64,000 bases of DNA from Bryobacteraceae bacterium (GTDB taxonomy: Bacteria; Acidobacteriota; Terriglobia; Bryobacterales; Bryobacteraceae), in NCBI GenBank assembly GCA_052144455.1, contig JBKQQG010000101.1:14717-78716 (forward strand), in the 5' to 3' direction. Shown here piece after piece: positions 8,526 to 17,069 of the stretch (position 1 is the stretch's first letter; the number at the start of each line of letters is the position of its first letter). Made by a program: the position numbers and the translations under genes. The notes beneath the pieces were generated by a model. That model did not search any database and had not been told where the DNA came from. It worked only from the letters and a program-made list of their open reading frames with translations.

Positions 8526-8673
8526 GGAAACCCTCCTGTGGGAAGTCGAACGGACGGAACAACCAGGCAGGAATTAGTCGGAGCCAAACAACCCAGGCCG
8601 GGATGCGGCAGGCAGGCTCACCCTCATACCTCTACTCTAACGCTGTTTGTCCGGATTTCCAAGGGAAAACGGA

Positions 8674-8754
8674 AGGGCGACGGCCGGGCGGCGGCGGGCT
8701 GGTGTGCTGGCCTCGTGAGGGCGACGGCCGGGCGGCGGCGGGCTGCTATGCTGG
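8674..8754. repeat. Two-copy tandem direct repeat, period 44 bp (28-nt perfect core AGGGCGACGGCCGGGCGGCGGCGGGCTG at 8674..8701 and 8718..8745)
   Basis: Read directly. The flanking 9 nt (GTGTGCTGG vs CTATGCTGG) are also similar. The repeat lies just upstream of the YkgJ GTG start. Confidence 0.85.
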
Positions 8755-8758
8755 CAGG

Positions 8759-9166
8759 GTGAAGGAACTGCGCTTCACCTGCCTCCGCGGGTGCACCAAC
8801 TGTTGCCGGCAACGGGGCTTCGTCTACCTTGCCGAGGCGGACTTGCGGCGGGCGGCGGCGTTCCTGGGCCTGAGCCCGCGAGCCTTCGAGCGCGGCTATG
8901 TGTACCGGACGAAGCACCTGCTGCGGCTGCGCAAGCCCCGCGGAGCCCAGTGCCCGTTCCTTCGGGAAGACGGCTGCGGCATACATCCCGCCAAACCGGC
9001 GCAGTGCCGCATGTTTCCGTTGTGGCCGGAATTGCTGGAGGACCGCCGGGAGTGGCGGGAGGTGGCCGGATACTGTCCGGGCATCGGCCGCGGCCCCGGA
9101 GTCTCGGTTGAGCGGATTCTGCACGCCGCGCGAGAAATGCGGAAAAGCTACCCGAGCATGTACTGA
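8759..9166 (+). CDS. YkgJ family cysteine-cluster protein (UPF0153)
   Basis: CLRGCTNCC ... CPFL..DGCGIHPAKPAQCRMFP cysteine pattern. A GTG start was chosen at 8759. The upstream part of ORF 8603.. covers the repeat region and looks non-coding. Confidence 0.65.
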   Translation: MKELRFTCLRGCTNCCRQRGFVYLAEADLRRAAAFLGLSPRAFERGYVYRTKHLLRLRKPRGAQCPFLREDGCGIHPAKPAQCRMFPLWPELLEDRREWREVAGYCPGIGRGPGVSVERILHAAREMRKSYPSMY

Positions 9167-9215
9167 CTGGTGTAATCTGGAGGGTGCTCGAATTCCGTGG
9201 GAGGAAAGAATTGGC

Positions 9216-10811
9216 ATGTTGAAGTGGATCTGCTTGTCATGGATGGTCTTTGCGATGGTGGCCGGCGCCCAGCCGACAATTAATACAGATGGCATTGTCA
9301 ATGCCGCCAGCTCGGCCCCGGTGGGATTGCCGAACTCTTCCATCGCCCAGGGGTCGATATTCTCGATCTATGGCGCCAACATGGGTCCGGTTGGAGGCGT
9401 GCTCGTCTCGGCTTGGCCGCTCCAGAAGAGCCTGGGTGGAGTCACTGTTCAAATCCAGGACGCTTCGGGCGCCCAACTGCTGGCCATACCGCTGTACGTC
9501 GGCGCCGGGCAGATCAATGCCCTCCTGCCTTCAGCGACGGCGGTGGGTACGGCAAACGCGACGGTAACCTATGCCGGCGCGACCAGCGCTCCGGCGCCCT
9601 TTACGGTCGCCCAGAGCAGCTTCGGTTCCTTCTCGCTGACCGCGGCGGGCAGCGGTCCCGGCGCAGTGCAGAACTACGTGCAGAATCCACCCTGGCCGAC
9701 CAACACGATCATCAGCGCGGCCCAGCCGGGCCAGGCAGTGATCCTTTATGGCACCGGGCTGGGACCGGTCACGGGCGACGAGACCATACCGCCAGTGCCG
9801 GTCGACCTGCGCAGCGGGCTCTCCCCGATGACGCTGTGGGTAGGCGGCCAGCAGGCGCCCATCGCCTATGCGGGACGCTCGACCTCCGCCGGCGAGGATC
9901 AGATCAACTTCAATGTGCCCATCAACATCACAGGCTGCTTCGTGCCGGTTGCGCTGCAGATCGGCAACGTGGTGAGCAATACCGTCTCGATCTCCATTTC
10001 GCCATCGGGTGGGGCGTGCCAGGACTCGTCCTTTCCCAACCTGAACCCCGTCGTTATGGAGGCTAACGGTCTGAGGGAGGGCACCCTGCTCCTCCAGCAA
10101 TACACGCTCCACCAGCCGCCCAGTGTCAATGGCGTAAGGCAATCGATCGCCGCCGAGTTCCTGAGCTATGCCTGGCCGTACCCCGTAGTCCTCTCGGGCA
10201 GCGTTGACGTCCACGGCGCCTGCACGGTGTCTGCCGGCGCAGGTATTTCCCTCCCGTTTACCCTCCTGGACGCCGGCTCGCCCGTGACCATGGCGACCCC
10301 GGGTGGGAACAACATGACGCTAATTCAACCGATAGCAACCCCGGTGGGATACTACTCCGGCGGTTCCCAGGGCGCCCTCACGGCGGGCGTGTACACCGTG
10401 AAAGACGCGTCGGGAGGCAAGGATGTGGGCTCCTTCAGCGCCTCGCTCACCCTGCCCGCGCCGATTGTTTTGACCAACCTGAACGACGTTGCCAACGGTA
10501 TAATCCTCGCGAACGGCTTTACCATCACTTGGACCGGCGGCAGCGGAGACGTTTACATCTCCGGCTCGTCCTCCGCGGTGGTGAACCGCAAAGCCGTGAC
10601 AGGATCATTCACATGCCTGGCTAACGCGTCGGACGGATCGTTCACGGTTCCGCTCTATGTGCTGGCGGCGCTCCCGCCCTCGGTGGCCGGTGGGGGGGGA
10701 GGGCTCCAAGTCGACAACTATGCGGTGACGACGACCTTCTCCGCCAGCGGTCTGGATCTTGGCCTGTTCCAGGCAGACTTCACCACGAATGAGTCTTTGA
10801 GCTTCTATTAG
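9216..10811 (+). CDS. Secreted protein with TIGR03437-type (Solibacter-type, IPT/TIG-like) repeats
   Basis: SD GGGAGGA lies upstream of the ATG at 9216, and there is a signal peptide (MLKWICLSWMVFAMVAGAQP). IVNAASSAPV...GSIFSIYGANMGP...GVTVQI...PLYVGAGQINALLPS recurs as QPGQAVILYGTGLGPV...LWVGGQQAPIAYAG...DQINFNVP. Confidence 0.7.
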   Translation: MLKWICLSWMVFAMVAGAQPTINTDGIVNAASSAPVGLPNSSIAQGSIFSIYGANMGPVGGVLVSAWPLQKSLGGVTVQIQDASGAQLLAIPLYVGAGQINALLPSATAVGTANATVTYAGATSAPAPFTVAQSSFGSFSLTAAGSGPGAVQNYVQNPPWPTNTIISAAQPGQAVILYGTGLGPVTGDETIPPVPVDLRSGLSPMTLWVGGQQAPIAYAGRSTSAGEDQINFNVPINITGCFVPVALQIGNVVSNTVSISISPSGGACQDSSFPNLNPVVMEANGLREGTLLLQQYTLHQPPSVNGVRQSIAAEFLSYAWPYPVVLSGSVDVHGACTVSAGAGISLPFTLLDAGSPVTMATPGGNNMTLIQPIATPVGYYSGGSQGALTAGVYTVKDASGGKDVGSFSASLTLPAPIVLTNLNDVANGIILANGFTITWTGGSGDVYISGSSSAVVNRKAVTGSFTCLANASDGSFTVPLYVLAALPPSVAGGGGGLQVDNYAVTTTFSASGLDLGLFQADFTTNESLSFY

Positions 10812-10901
10812 GGCGGTCAGGTTCCTGGCGGGCGGACGGGATTTTGGCGTTCCGGACGGCTTTGTCCGCTGCAAGTGATTGGTTCCAAACGCCACGCTCT
10901 C

Positions 10902-10917
10902 TGGCAAGGCGCTTGCT
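10902..10917 (+). promoter_or_regulatory. Candidate sigma54 (-24/-12) promoter TGGCAAGGCGCTTGCT upstream of flgB
   Basis: Matches TGGCAC-N5-TTGCW with correct GG/GC spacing. It ends only 15 nt before the flgB ATG, which is uncomfortably close. Confidence 0.4.
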
Positions 10918-10932
10918 CCTTGAGGGGCGGCC

Positions 10933-11268
10933 ATGCTGGATCCAATTGCCGGGAGCCTCGAGCATTACATGGACCTGCTGAGCGCCCGGCAGAAGCTGGT
11001 CGCCTCGAATATCGCTAACGCCGACACGCCGGGATACCAGACCAAAGACCTCGACTTTCAAGCCGAGTTCCGGAACCAGCTAGCGGGCGGCAGCCCCAGC
11101 GTCACGGAAGTCACGGGCCTGGAAACCAAGCACGACGGCAACAACGTGAGCCTGGACCGGGAGGCGCGGCTGCTGGCGGAGAACGCCATACGGTTCAGCG
11201 TCGCCTCGAACCTGCTGCGGGCGGAGATCCGCGAGGTGCGCAGCGCCATTAACGGAGGCGGCAGCTAA
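10933..11268 (+). CDS. flgB: Flagellar basal-body rod protein FlgB
   Basis: MLD...LSARQKLVASNIANADTPGYQTKDLDF is the FlgB N-terminal signature. Confidence 0.9.
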   Translation: MLDPIAGSLEHYMDLLSARQKLVASNIANADTPGYQTKDLDFQAEFRNQLAGGSPSVTEVTGLETKHDGNNVSLDREARLLAENAIRFSVASNLLRAEIREVRSAINGGGS

Positions 11269-11705
11269 TGAGCCTGTTCTCGCTGCTTTCGGTGAGCGCC
11301 TCGGGGATGGCCGCGCAACGCGAGCGGGCGGCCCTGCTGGTGGAGAATCTGGCCAACGCCGAGACCACGCGCACACCCGAGGGAGGGCCCTACCGCCGCA
11401 AGGATGCCGTTTTCTCGAGCGAAGCGGCCGACGAGCCCTTCGCCTCGGTATTCCAGACGGAGGTCGGCGCCACCGGGACGGGAGTGACGGTCTCGGACGT
11501 GATCGAGGATACGCGCCCGCCCGAGCAACGCTACCTGCCCGGCCATCCGGATGCCGACGCCAGCGGATATGTGTCGTTTCCGCGGGTCAACCCCGCCGAG
11601 GACATGGTGGACTTGCTGGGAGCGTCGCGCGGCTACCAGGCCAATGTGGCCGCCATGTCGGCGGTGAAGAGCATGATTAACAGCTCAATCGATCTGCTGC
11701 GCTAG
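11268..11705 (+). CDS. flgC: Flagellar basal-body rod protein FlgC
   Basis: SASGMAAQRERAALLVENLANAETTRT..GGPYRRKD, a C-terminal GYQANV and an ATG overlapping the flgB stop. Confidence 0.9.
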   Translation: MSLFSLLSVSASGMAAQRERAALLVENLANAETTRTPEGGPYRRKDAVFSSEAADEPFASVFQTEVGATGTGVTVSDVIEDTRPPEQRYLPGHPDADASGYVSFPRVNPAEDMVDLLGASRGYQANVAAMSAVKSMINSSIDLLR

Positions 11706-11716
11706 GAGCGACGCCT

Positions 11717-12016
11717 ATGTCTAGCCCGATCAGCCCGATTTCCCTGGCCACGCCGAGCCCGATCTCCATCCAGAGCCCCGGAGCGGCCAGCCAGCCCGGC
11801 GCCTTTCAGAACGCGCTCCAGAACGCCATCGGCCAGGTGGAGGACCTGCGCACCACCTCCGATCAAACCGTGCAGCGGTTCCTGAGCGGAGAGAACGAGG
11901 AACTGCACACCACGGTGCTGGCCACGCAACGCGCTGAGTTGGCCTTCGAGATGTTCATGCAGGTCCGCAACAAGGTAGTGCAAGCGTATCAGGAAGTCAT
12001 GCGCATGCAAATGTAA
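11717..12016 (+). CDS. fliE: Flagellar hook-basal body complex protein FliE
   Basis: 99 aa. F.NAL.NAI.QV...Q.......FL.GE...LH.V.....A.L....MQVRNKVVQAYQEVMRMQM is FliE-like. Confidence 0.85.
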   Translation: MSSPISPISLATPSPISIQSPGAASQPGAFQNALQNAIGQVEDLRTTSDQTVQRFLSGENEELHTTVLATQRAELAFEMFMQVRNKVVQAYQEVMRMQM

Positions 12017-12028
12017 TCCGGCCCACTC

Positions 12029-13717
12029 ATGCCTCAGTTCAAAAACCTCCTGGCCAGCCTCGGCATCCGGCAGCGGATCTATATTCTGGCCACCGTTGTG
12101 CTGGTGGCGGGCTCGCTGTATTGGCTGGTGAACTGGAGAAAGGAACAGGACTTCCGGCCACTGTACAGCGGCCTGGCGGCGGAGGACGGCAATGCGGTGC
12201 TTCAGAAGTTGCGGGAGACGGGAACCGATTTCCGCCTGAGCGAAAACGGGACCACGGTGCTGGTGCCCTCGTCGCGGGTGGCGGAACTGCGCTTGCTGAT
12301 GGCCGGCGCGGGCGTGCCCCGCAGCGGCCGGGTAGGCTTCGAGCTGTTCGACAAATCCAACTTCGGAGTCACCGACTTCACCGAGCACATCAACTACCGC
12401 CGGGCCATCGAAGGGGAGCTGGAGCGCTCGGTGATGTCCCTGTCGGATGTCGAGCAGGCGCGGGTGCACGTGACCTTTCCGAAGGACTCGGTGTTCCTGG
12501 AATCGCGGCAGCCAGCCAAGGCCAGCGTGATGGTGAAACTGAGGCCCGGGGCCAAGCTGTCGCCAGCTAACGTACTGGCGGTCTGCCACCTGGTGGCGAG
12601 CGCGGTGGAAGGCCTGGGTCCGGAGGCGGTGTCGGTTCTGGATATGAATGGCAACCTGCTGAGCCGGCCGCGCAGGGCTTCCACCAACGAGGGCGAAGAG
12701 CCTTCCGAGGCCGTGCTGGACTACCGTCACCAGATCGAGAAGGACCTGGTAGCCAAGATCACCTCCACGCTGGATCCGTTGCTGGGAAGCGAGAAGTTCC
12801 GCGCGGGGGCGACGGTAGAGTGCGACTTCACGGGGGGCGAGCAGAGCGAAGAAACCTACGATCCGACGCGCTCGGTGATGGTCAGCGCGCAGAAAACCGA
12901 AGACGTGAGCGGGACCAACCTGGCTTCCGGAGTTCCCGGCACGGCTTCCAGTCTGCCACGGCCCACCTCGCGGCCGGGGTCCTCCGGAGCCGGCACCACG
13001 CGGCGCACAGAGAACATCGCCTACCAGAGCAGCCGGCTGGTGCGGCGCACCCATTTGCCGCAAGGAACGGTCAGGCGGATGTCGCTCTCGGTGCTCCTGG
13101 ACCAGGATAGCCGCTGGGAGGGTAGCGGGGCCAAGGCCAAGCACGTCATCGAGCCGCCGACTCCCGAGAAGGTAAAGGTGATTCGCGACCTAGTGGCGGC
13201 CGCCACGGGGCTCAATCCCGAGCGCGGAGACCAGCTCATAGTGGAGAGCCTGCCCTTCGAGGCGACCTTGTCGAGCGAGCAGCCGGGGCTTATGCCGCCC
13301 AGCGCCGCAGTGCCCGCCGCGCCAGTCTCCTGGCTGGATCAACTGCTGCGGCAGAAGACCTCCGTGCTGATAGGCGTGGTGGCCGGGGTGGTTCTCCTGC
13401 TGGTCCTGATCATTGTGTTCCTGCTCTCGGTGGTGAGGAAGAAACGCCATGCCGTCCAAATGGCGGGCGCCATCGAGGGGGGCAGGGCGGCGCAACTCGA
13501 TTCCGGCGATGCCATCGAGCAACAAATGGAGAACAGACTGGTTGAGCAGGAGGACCAGAAGCGCAGGTTGGATGCGGCGGCGCTGAATTCGCTGAAACTG
13601 CCGCCGGTTACCACCAAGAAGTCCGAGGTGCTGACCAAGCACCTGGTGGAAACGGCCAAGAAAGACCCAACCGCCGCGGCGCAGATCCTGCGCTCCTGGT
13701 TGTACGACGAGAGCTGA
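12029..13717 (+). CDS. fliF: Flagellar M-ring protein FliF
   Basis: 562 aa. N-terminal TM, YscJ/FliF-type domain (LYSGLAAEDGNAVLQKLRETG..., RVAELRLLMAGAGVP), a second TM near residue 450 and a charged C-terminus. Confidence 0.9.
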   Translation: MPQFKNLLASLGIRQRIYILATVVLVAGSLYWLVNWRKEQDFRPLYSGLAAEDGNAVLQKLRETGTDFRLSENGTTVLVPSSRVAELRLLMAGAGVPRSGRVGFELFDKSNFGVTDFTEHINYRRAIEGELERSVMSLSDVEQARVHVTFPKDSVFLESRQPAKASVMVKLRPGAKLSPANVLAVCHLVASAVEGLGPEAVSVLDMNGNLLSRPRRASTNEGEEPSEAVLDYRHQIEKDLVAKITSTLDPLLGSEKFRAGATVECDFTGGEQSEETYDPTRSVMVSAQKTEDVSGTNLASGVPGTASSLPRPTSRPGSSGAGTTRRTENIAYQSSRLVRRTHLPQGTVRRMSLSVLLDQDSRWEGSGAKAKHVIEPPTPEKVKVIRDLVAAATGLNPERGDQLIVESLPFEATLSSEQPGLMPPSAAVPAAPVSWLDQLLRQKTSVLIGVVAGVVLLLVLIIVFLLSVVRKKRHAVQMAGAIEGGRAAQLDSGDAIEQQMENRLVEQEDQKRRLDAAALNSLKLPPVTTKKSEVLTKHLVETAKKDPTAAAQILRSWLYDES

Positions 13718-13781
13718 GGACGGCCCGGGCGACTATAGTTCTGGCCGGGCCAGTCCGATCAGTGGAGTTCGAGGAGACACC

Positions 13782-14414
13782 ATGCGAGCCAGCTCAACCG
13801 CCGCGGCAGACAGAGTCGTCCGGGCCGTGAAAACCGACCCGCGGGCGGGCAAATACCTGACCTTCGAACTGGGGCCCGAGGAGTTTGGCATCCCAGTGCT
13901 CAAAGTGCGGGAGATCATGGGGGTCCAGGACATGACCGCGGCGCACCAGACGCCGGCCTGCGTGAAGGGCGTGATCAACCTGCGCGGGAAGCCGATCCCG
14001 GTGGTGGATCTGAGGCTGAAATTCGGTCTGAACGAAATTCCGCACACGCAACGCACTTGCGTCATCGTGGTCCAGGTGGCCGGGGATGCCGGCCCCATGC
14101 CGATGGGAATCGTCGTGGATGGGGTCTCGGAGGTGCTGAACGTGGCCGCCGGGGACGTGGAGGATACCCGGGATTCCGGACAGGGGGCGACCACTCCCCA
14201 CATCCTGGGAATGGCCAAGGTCAAAGGGAAGGTCATTATCCTTCTGGAAATCGACCAGGTGCTGAGCAGTCAGGACTTGCAGGGCATCGCCCGCCTCGTG
14301 CAATGCGTGGCGGCGCCACCGGGCGCTACGAGACCCGCGGGTGGTCAAACAGCGTGGATTTCGCCCTTCTCGCGCAGGCGGGCGGCCGCGGCCTCGGGAG
14401 AGATGTCGCGCTGA
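13782..14414 (+). CDS. cheW: Chemotaxis coupling protein CheW (with a ~45-aa non-CheW tail overlapping the convergent galT)
   Basis: [30 protein letters not shown]....[25 protein letters not shown] is a CheW-domain signature. The first in-frame stop is at 14412..14414. Confidence 0.8.
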   Translation: MRASSTAAADRVVRAVKTDPRAGKYLTFELGPEEFGIPVLKVREIMGVQDMTAAHQTPACVKGVINLRGKPIPVVDLRLKFGLNEIPHTQRTCVIVVQVAGDAGPMPMGIVVDGVSEVLNVAAGDVEDTRDSGQGATTPHILGMAKVKGKVIILLEIDQVLSSQDLQGIARLVQCVAAPPGATRPAGGQTAWISPFSRRRAAAASGEMSR

Positions 14415-15379
14415 GGCATGGCCAGCATCTCATAACCCACCAGAAACTTGCGAACCGTGGCCGAACGCAGCAGCGGCGGGTAGAAGTGCGCGTGGAAATG
14501 CCACTCGGGATGGGCCTGGCCATCGGTGGGCCGCTGATGAAAGCCTAGCGAGTATGGAAAGGACACCTGGAACAGGTTGTCGTAGCGCGCGGTGAGGCGC
14601 TTGAGGATGCCGGCCAGGTCGTCCCGCTCGGTGGCCGTCAATTGGTCAAGCGCGGTCGAATGCCGCACTGGAAGCAGCAAGGTCTCGAACGGCCAGACGG
14701 CCCAAAAGGGAACCAGCGCCACGAAGGAGGCGTTGCGGCAGACGATGCGCTCGGCGGCGGCGCACTCGATGGCCAGGTAGTCGCACAGCAGGCAGGTGTG
14801 CCTGGTGCGCGCGTATTCGGCTTGCGCGTCCTGTTCCTTGCGCGGCTCATTGGGCAGAGTGTGGTTGGCCCAGATCTGGCAGTGCGGATGGGGATTGCTG
14901 CAGCCCATCATGGCGCCGCGATTCTCGAAGATCTGCACGTGATTGATCCAGGGAAGCGCGCCCAATTCTTGGTATTGCCCTATCCAGGTGTCTACCACCT
15001 GGCGCAGGGCGGGCGCCTCCATGCGGGAAACCGTCAGATCGTGACGCGGCGAGAAACAGATGACGCGGCAGATGCCCGGCTCGGACTCGGCCACTAACAG
15101 ACCGCCTTCGCCGGAGCGATCCATTGGAGTGTCGGGCCGCAACGCGGCGAAATCGTTTTCGAAGACGAAGGTCGAGGTGTAATTGGGATTTCGCACTCCG
15201 CCGGCTCGAGGGTTGCCAGGGCAAAGGTAACACTCCGGGTCGTAAACCGGTTGGCTCTGCGCGGCGGCCTTCTCGACTTGCCCTTGCCAGGGACGCTCGG
15301 TGCGGTGCGGAGACACCAGCACCCATTCGCCGGTGAGCGGGTTAAAGCGCCGGTGGGGGGTGCGGCTCCAATCGAGCAT
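14345..15379 (-). CDS. galT: UDP-glucose--hexose-1-phosphate uridylyltransferase (classical GalT)
   Basis: [28 protein letters not shown] and [12 protein letters not shown] (E. coli-type HPH active site). 344 aa. Confidence 0.9.
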   Translation of the reverse strand: MLDWSRTPHRRFNPLTGEWVLVSPHRTERPWQGQVEKAAAQSQPVYDPECYLCPGNPRAGGVRNPNYTSTFVFENDFAALRPDTPMDRSGEGGLLVAESEPGICRVICFSPRHDLTVSRMEAPALRQVVDTWIGQYQELGALPWINHVQIFENRGAMMGCSNPHPHCQIWANHTLPNEPRKEQDAQAEYARTRHTCLLCDYLAIECAAAERIVCRNASFVALVPFWAVWPFETLLLPVRHSTALDQLTATERDDLAGILKRLTARYDNLFQVSFPYSLGFHQRPTDGQAHPEWHFHAHFYPPLLRSATVRKFLVGYEMLAMPQRDISPEAAAARLREKGEIHAV

Positions 15380-15409
15380 CCCCCATTATGGCCCGGAAAG
15401 GGGCCGGCG

Positions 15410-16168
15410 TTACAATTCCAGCTTGCCGTGGTAGAGCATGTCCTTCAGGGTGAACTTCACCTTGATGGCGCTGGGGCCCAGGGCGGTCTCGAAGGAGACT
15501 TCCTTGTCGTCGAGGCCGATAGCGGCGGCGCGCGGGAACAGGAAGCTGAACGAGCGGCCCTGGAGAGTGGCGGAGGTCTCGATCCGCGCTGGCGGCAGGG
15601 CGCCCTTGCCCTTGATCCTGAGCGCAGTGGCCGCCTTCATCCGATCCGTGCGCTCGCTATCGGCCCCCGCCATTCCACCCCCGCCAGGGCCGCGATTCGG
15701 GAGTCCGCTCACGGTGACGACGTAGAACTCCTGCGCCCACTCCGCCACCTTCTTCGCATTCTCGGCCGGCCCGGAACGCGGAGCGGCGTCACGCAAGGGA
15801 GCAGCGCTCTCCCAGCGCACCACGACCTTCCCCATAGCGAAAGTCGCGCCACCGGGGCCGTCCCGGCCAGCGGGCCCGCCCATCGCTCCGCCGTCCAAGT
15901 TGGCGCCAGCCGCGCCTTGATGGCTGATGGCGAGAGGTGGACCGCTCGCGCTACCCCTGCTGGGAGCGCCCATGTCCGGAGAGCCCGCTCGGCCCGCGCC
16001 GCCGGCGGAAGGAAGGATGACCTCCTTGGCCCAGGGCGACTTGGTCTGCAGCTTCTGGACCTCTTTGTCCGTCCAGTCGGAAGGTTGCTTATCCTGCCAG
16101 AACTCGCCCGCCAACAGAACGGCGGAACCCGAGATCACGACGATGATGCCCGCAGTGCGTAGTGACAC
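15410..16168 (-). CDS. Membrane-anchored or secreted protein of unknown function, paralog 2 (tandem duplicate of 16281..17045)
   Basis: GTG at 16168 preceded by SD GGAGGAGGA. Single N-terminal TM, then the motif EFWQDKQPSDWTDKEVQKLQTKSPWAKE, a Gly-rich linker and the conserved C-terminus KFTLKDMLYHGKLEL. Confidence 0.7.
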   Translation of the reverse strand: MSLRTAGIIVVISGSAVLLAGEFWQDKQPSDWTDKEVQKLQTKSPWAKEVILPSAGGAGRAGSPDMGAPSRGSASGPPLAISHQGAAGANLDGGAMGGPAGRDGPGGATFAMGKVVVRWESAAPLRDAAPRSGPAENAKKVAEWAQEFYVVTVSGLPNRGPGGGGMAGADSERTDRMKAATALRIKGKGALPPARIETSATLQGRSFSFLFPRAAAIGLDDKEVSFETALGPSAIKVKFTLKDMLYHGKLEL

Positions 16169-16280
16169 GATGTCCTCCTCCGGTAGTAATACCACGGGCG
16201 CGGGACGGCTGGCGAGTTGCTTGCCAACCCCGTAACTCTTGTTCAGTTGGGATGCACTTTTGCCCCGAGAGGGGCCGCCG

Positions 16281-17045
16281 CTACAATTCCAGCTTCCCGT
16301 GGTAGAGCATGTCCTTCAGGGTGAACTTCATCTTGACGGAGTTCGGCCCGAGCTGGGTTTCGAAGGAGAGTTCCTTGTCGTCCAGGCCGATGGCGAAGTC
16401 GCGCGAGAACAGGAAGCTGGTCGCGGGGCCTTCGGGGGTAGTGAAGGTCTCGATGCGCGCGGGCGAGACGGAGTTCTTGCCCTTGATTCGGAGCACGGTG
16501 AGCATCTTCAGGCGCTCGATGCGCTCGGAATCAAGCGTTTCCTGGCCGCCTCCGCCTCCATACCGCGAATTGGAGAGTCCACTGACCGTGACCACGTAGA
16601 ATTCCTTCGACCAATCCGCTATATTCTTCACATCCGCGGGCGCTCCAGCGCGAGCGGCCACGTCGCGCAGCGGCGCGGCGCTATCCCAGCGTATGATCAC
16701 CTTCGGAGCGGCCACGGCCGGGTTATCTGCGCCACCTGCCGCCCTGCCCGCACCCCCGCCCGGGCCGCCCATGCCACCTCCGCCGCCCATGCTACCAGGG
16801 CCGCCCATCCCACCCATGCCACGGGCGCCCCCGCCCAAGCCGCCGCTGTCCCCCCGGTCCATCTGCCCCATATGACTGCCACCCATAGTCAGGATGGCCT
16901 CTTTGGCCCATGGCGACCTGGTTTTCAGTCTTTGGATCTCCTTTTCCGTCCACTCGGAGGGTTGCTTGTCCTGCCAGAACTCGCCCGCCAACAGAACGGC
17001 GGAAGCGGAAATCAGGGCGATCAGGCCCGCACTTCGAAATGACAT
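16281..17045 (-). CDS. Membrane-anchored or secreted protein of unknown function, paralog 1, with a Gly/Met-rich low-complexity linker
   Basis: ATG at 17045 preceded by SD AGGAGGA. Same architecture as 15410..16168. The linker is GGLGGGARGMGGMGGPGSMGGGGGMGGPGGGAG. Confidence 0.7.
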   Translation of the reverse strand: MSFRSAGLIALISASAVLLAGEFWQDKQPSEWTEKEIQRLKTRSPWAKEAILTMGGSHMGQMDRGDSGGLGGGARGMGGMGGPGSMGGGGGMGGPGGGAGRAAGGADNPAVAAPKVIIRWDSAAPLRDVAARAGAPADVKNIADWSKEFYVVTVSGLSNSRYGGGGGQETLDSERIERLKMLTVLRIKGKNSVSPARIETFTTPEGPATSFLFSRDFAIGLDDKELSFETQLGPNSVKMKFTLKDMLYHGKLEL

Positions 17046-17069
17046 ATTAGTTTCCTCCTGCAAACACGG

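Noticed and set aside
7062-8762. Long 566-aa + strand ORF (and 7114..8562 on the minus strand in another frame) overlapping the aminotransferase gene
   Set aside because: The products are Arg/Ala/Gly/Pro-rich shadow translations of a well-supported PLP aminotransferase frame (7182..8525). This is typical of high-GC antisense or off-frame ORFs, and I saw no recognisable motifs.
8898-9215. 5' extension of the TIGR03437 protein ORF, and similarly 46508..47497 for pgi, 8603..8758 for ykgJ and 22619..22777 for the barrel protein
   Set aside because: The extensions overlap upstream genes or intergenic repeats and lack signal peptides. Internal starts with an SD and/or a signal peptide fit better.
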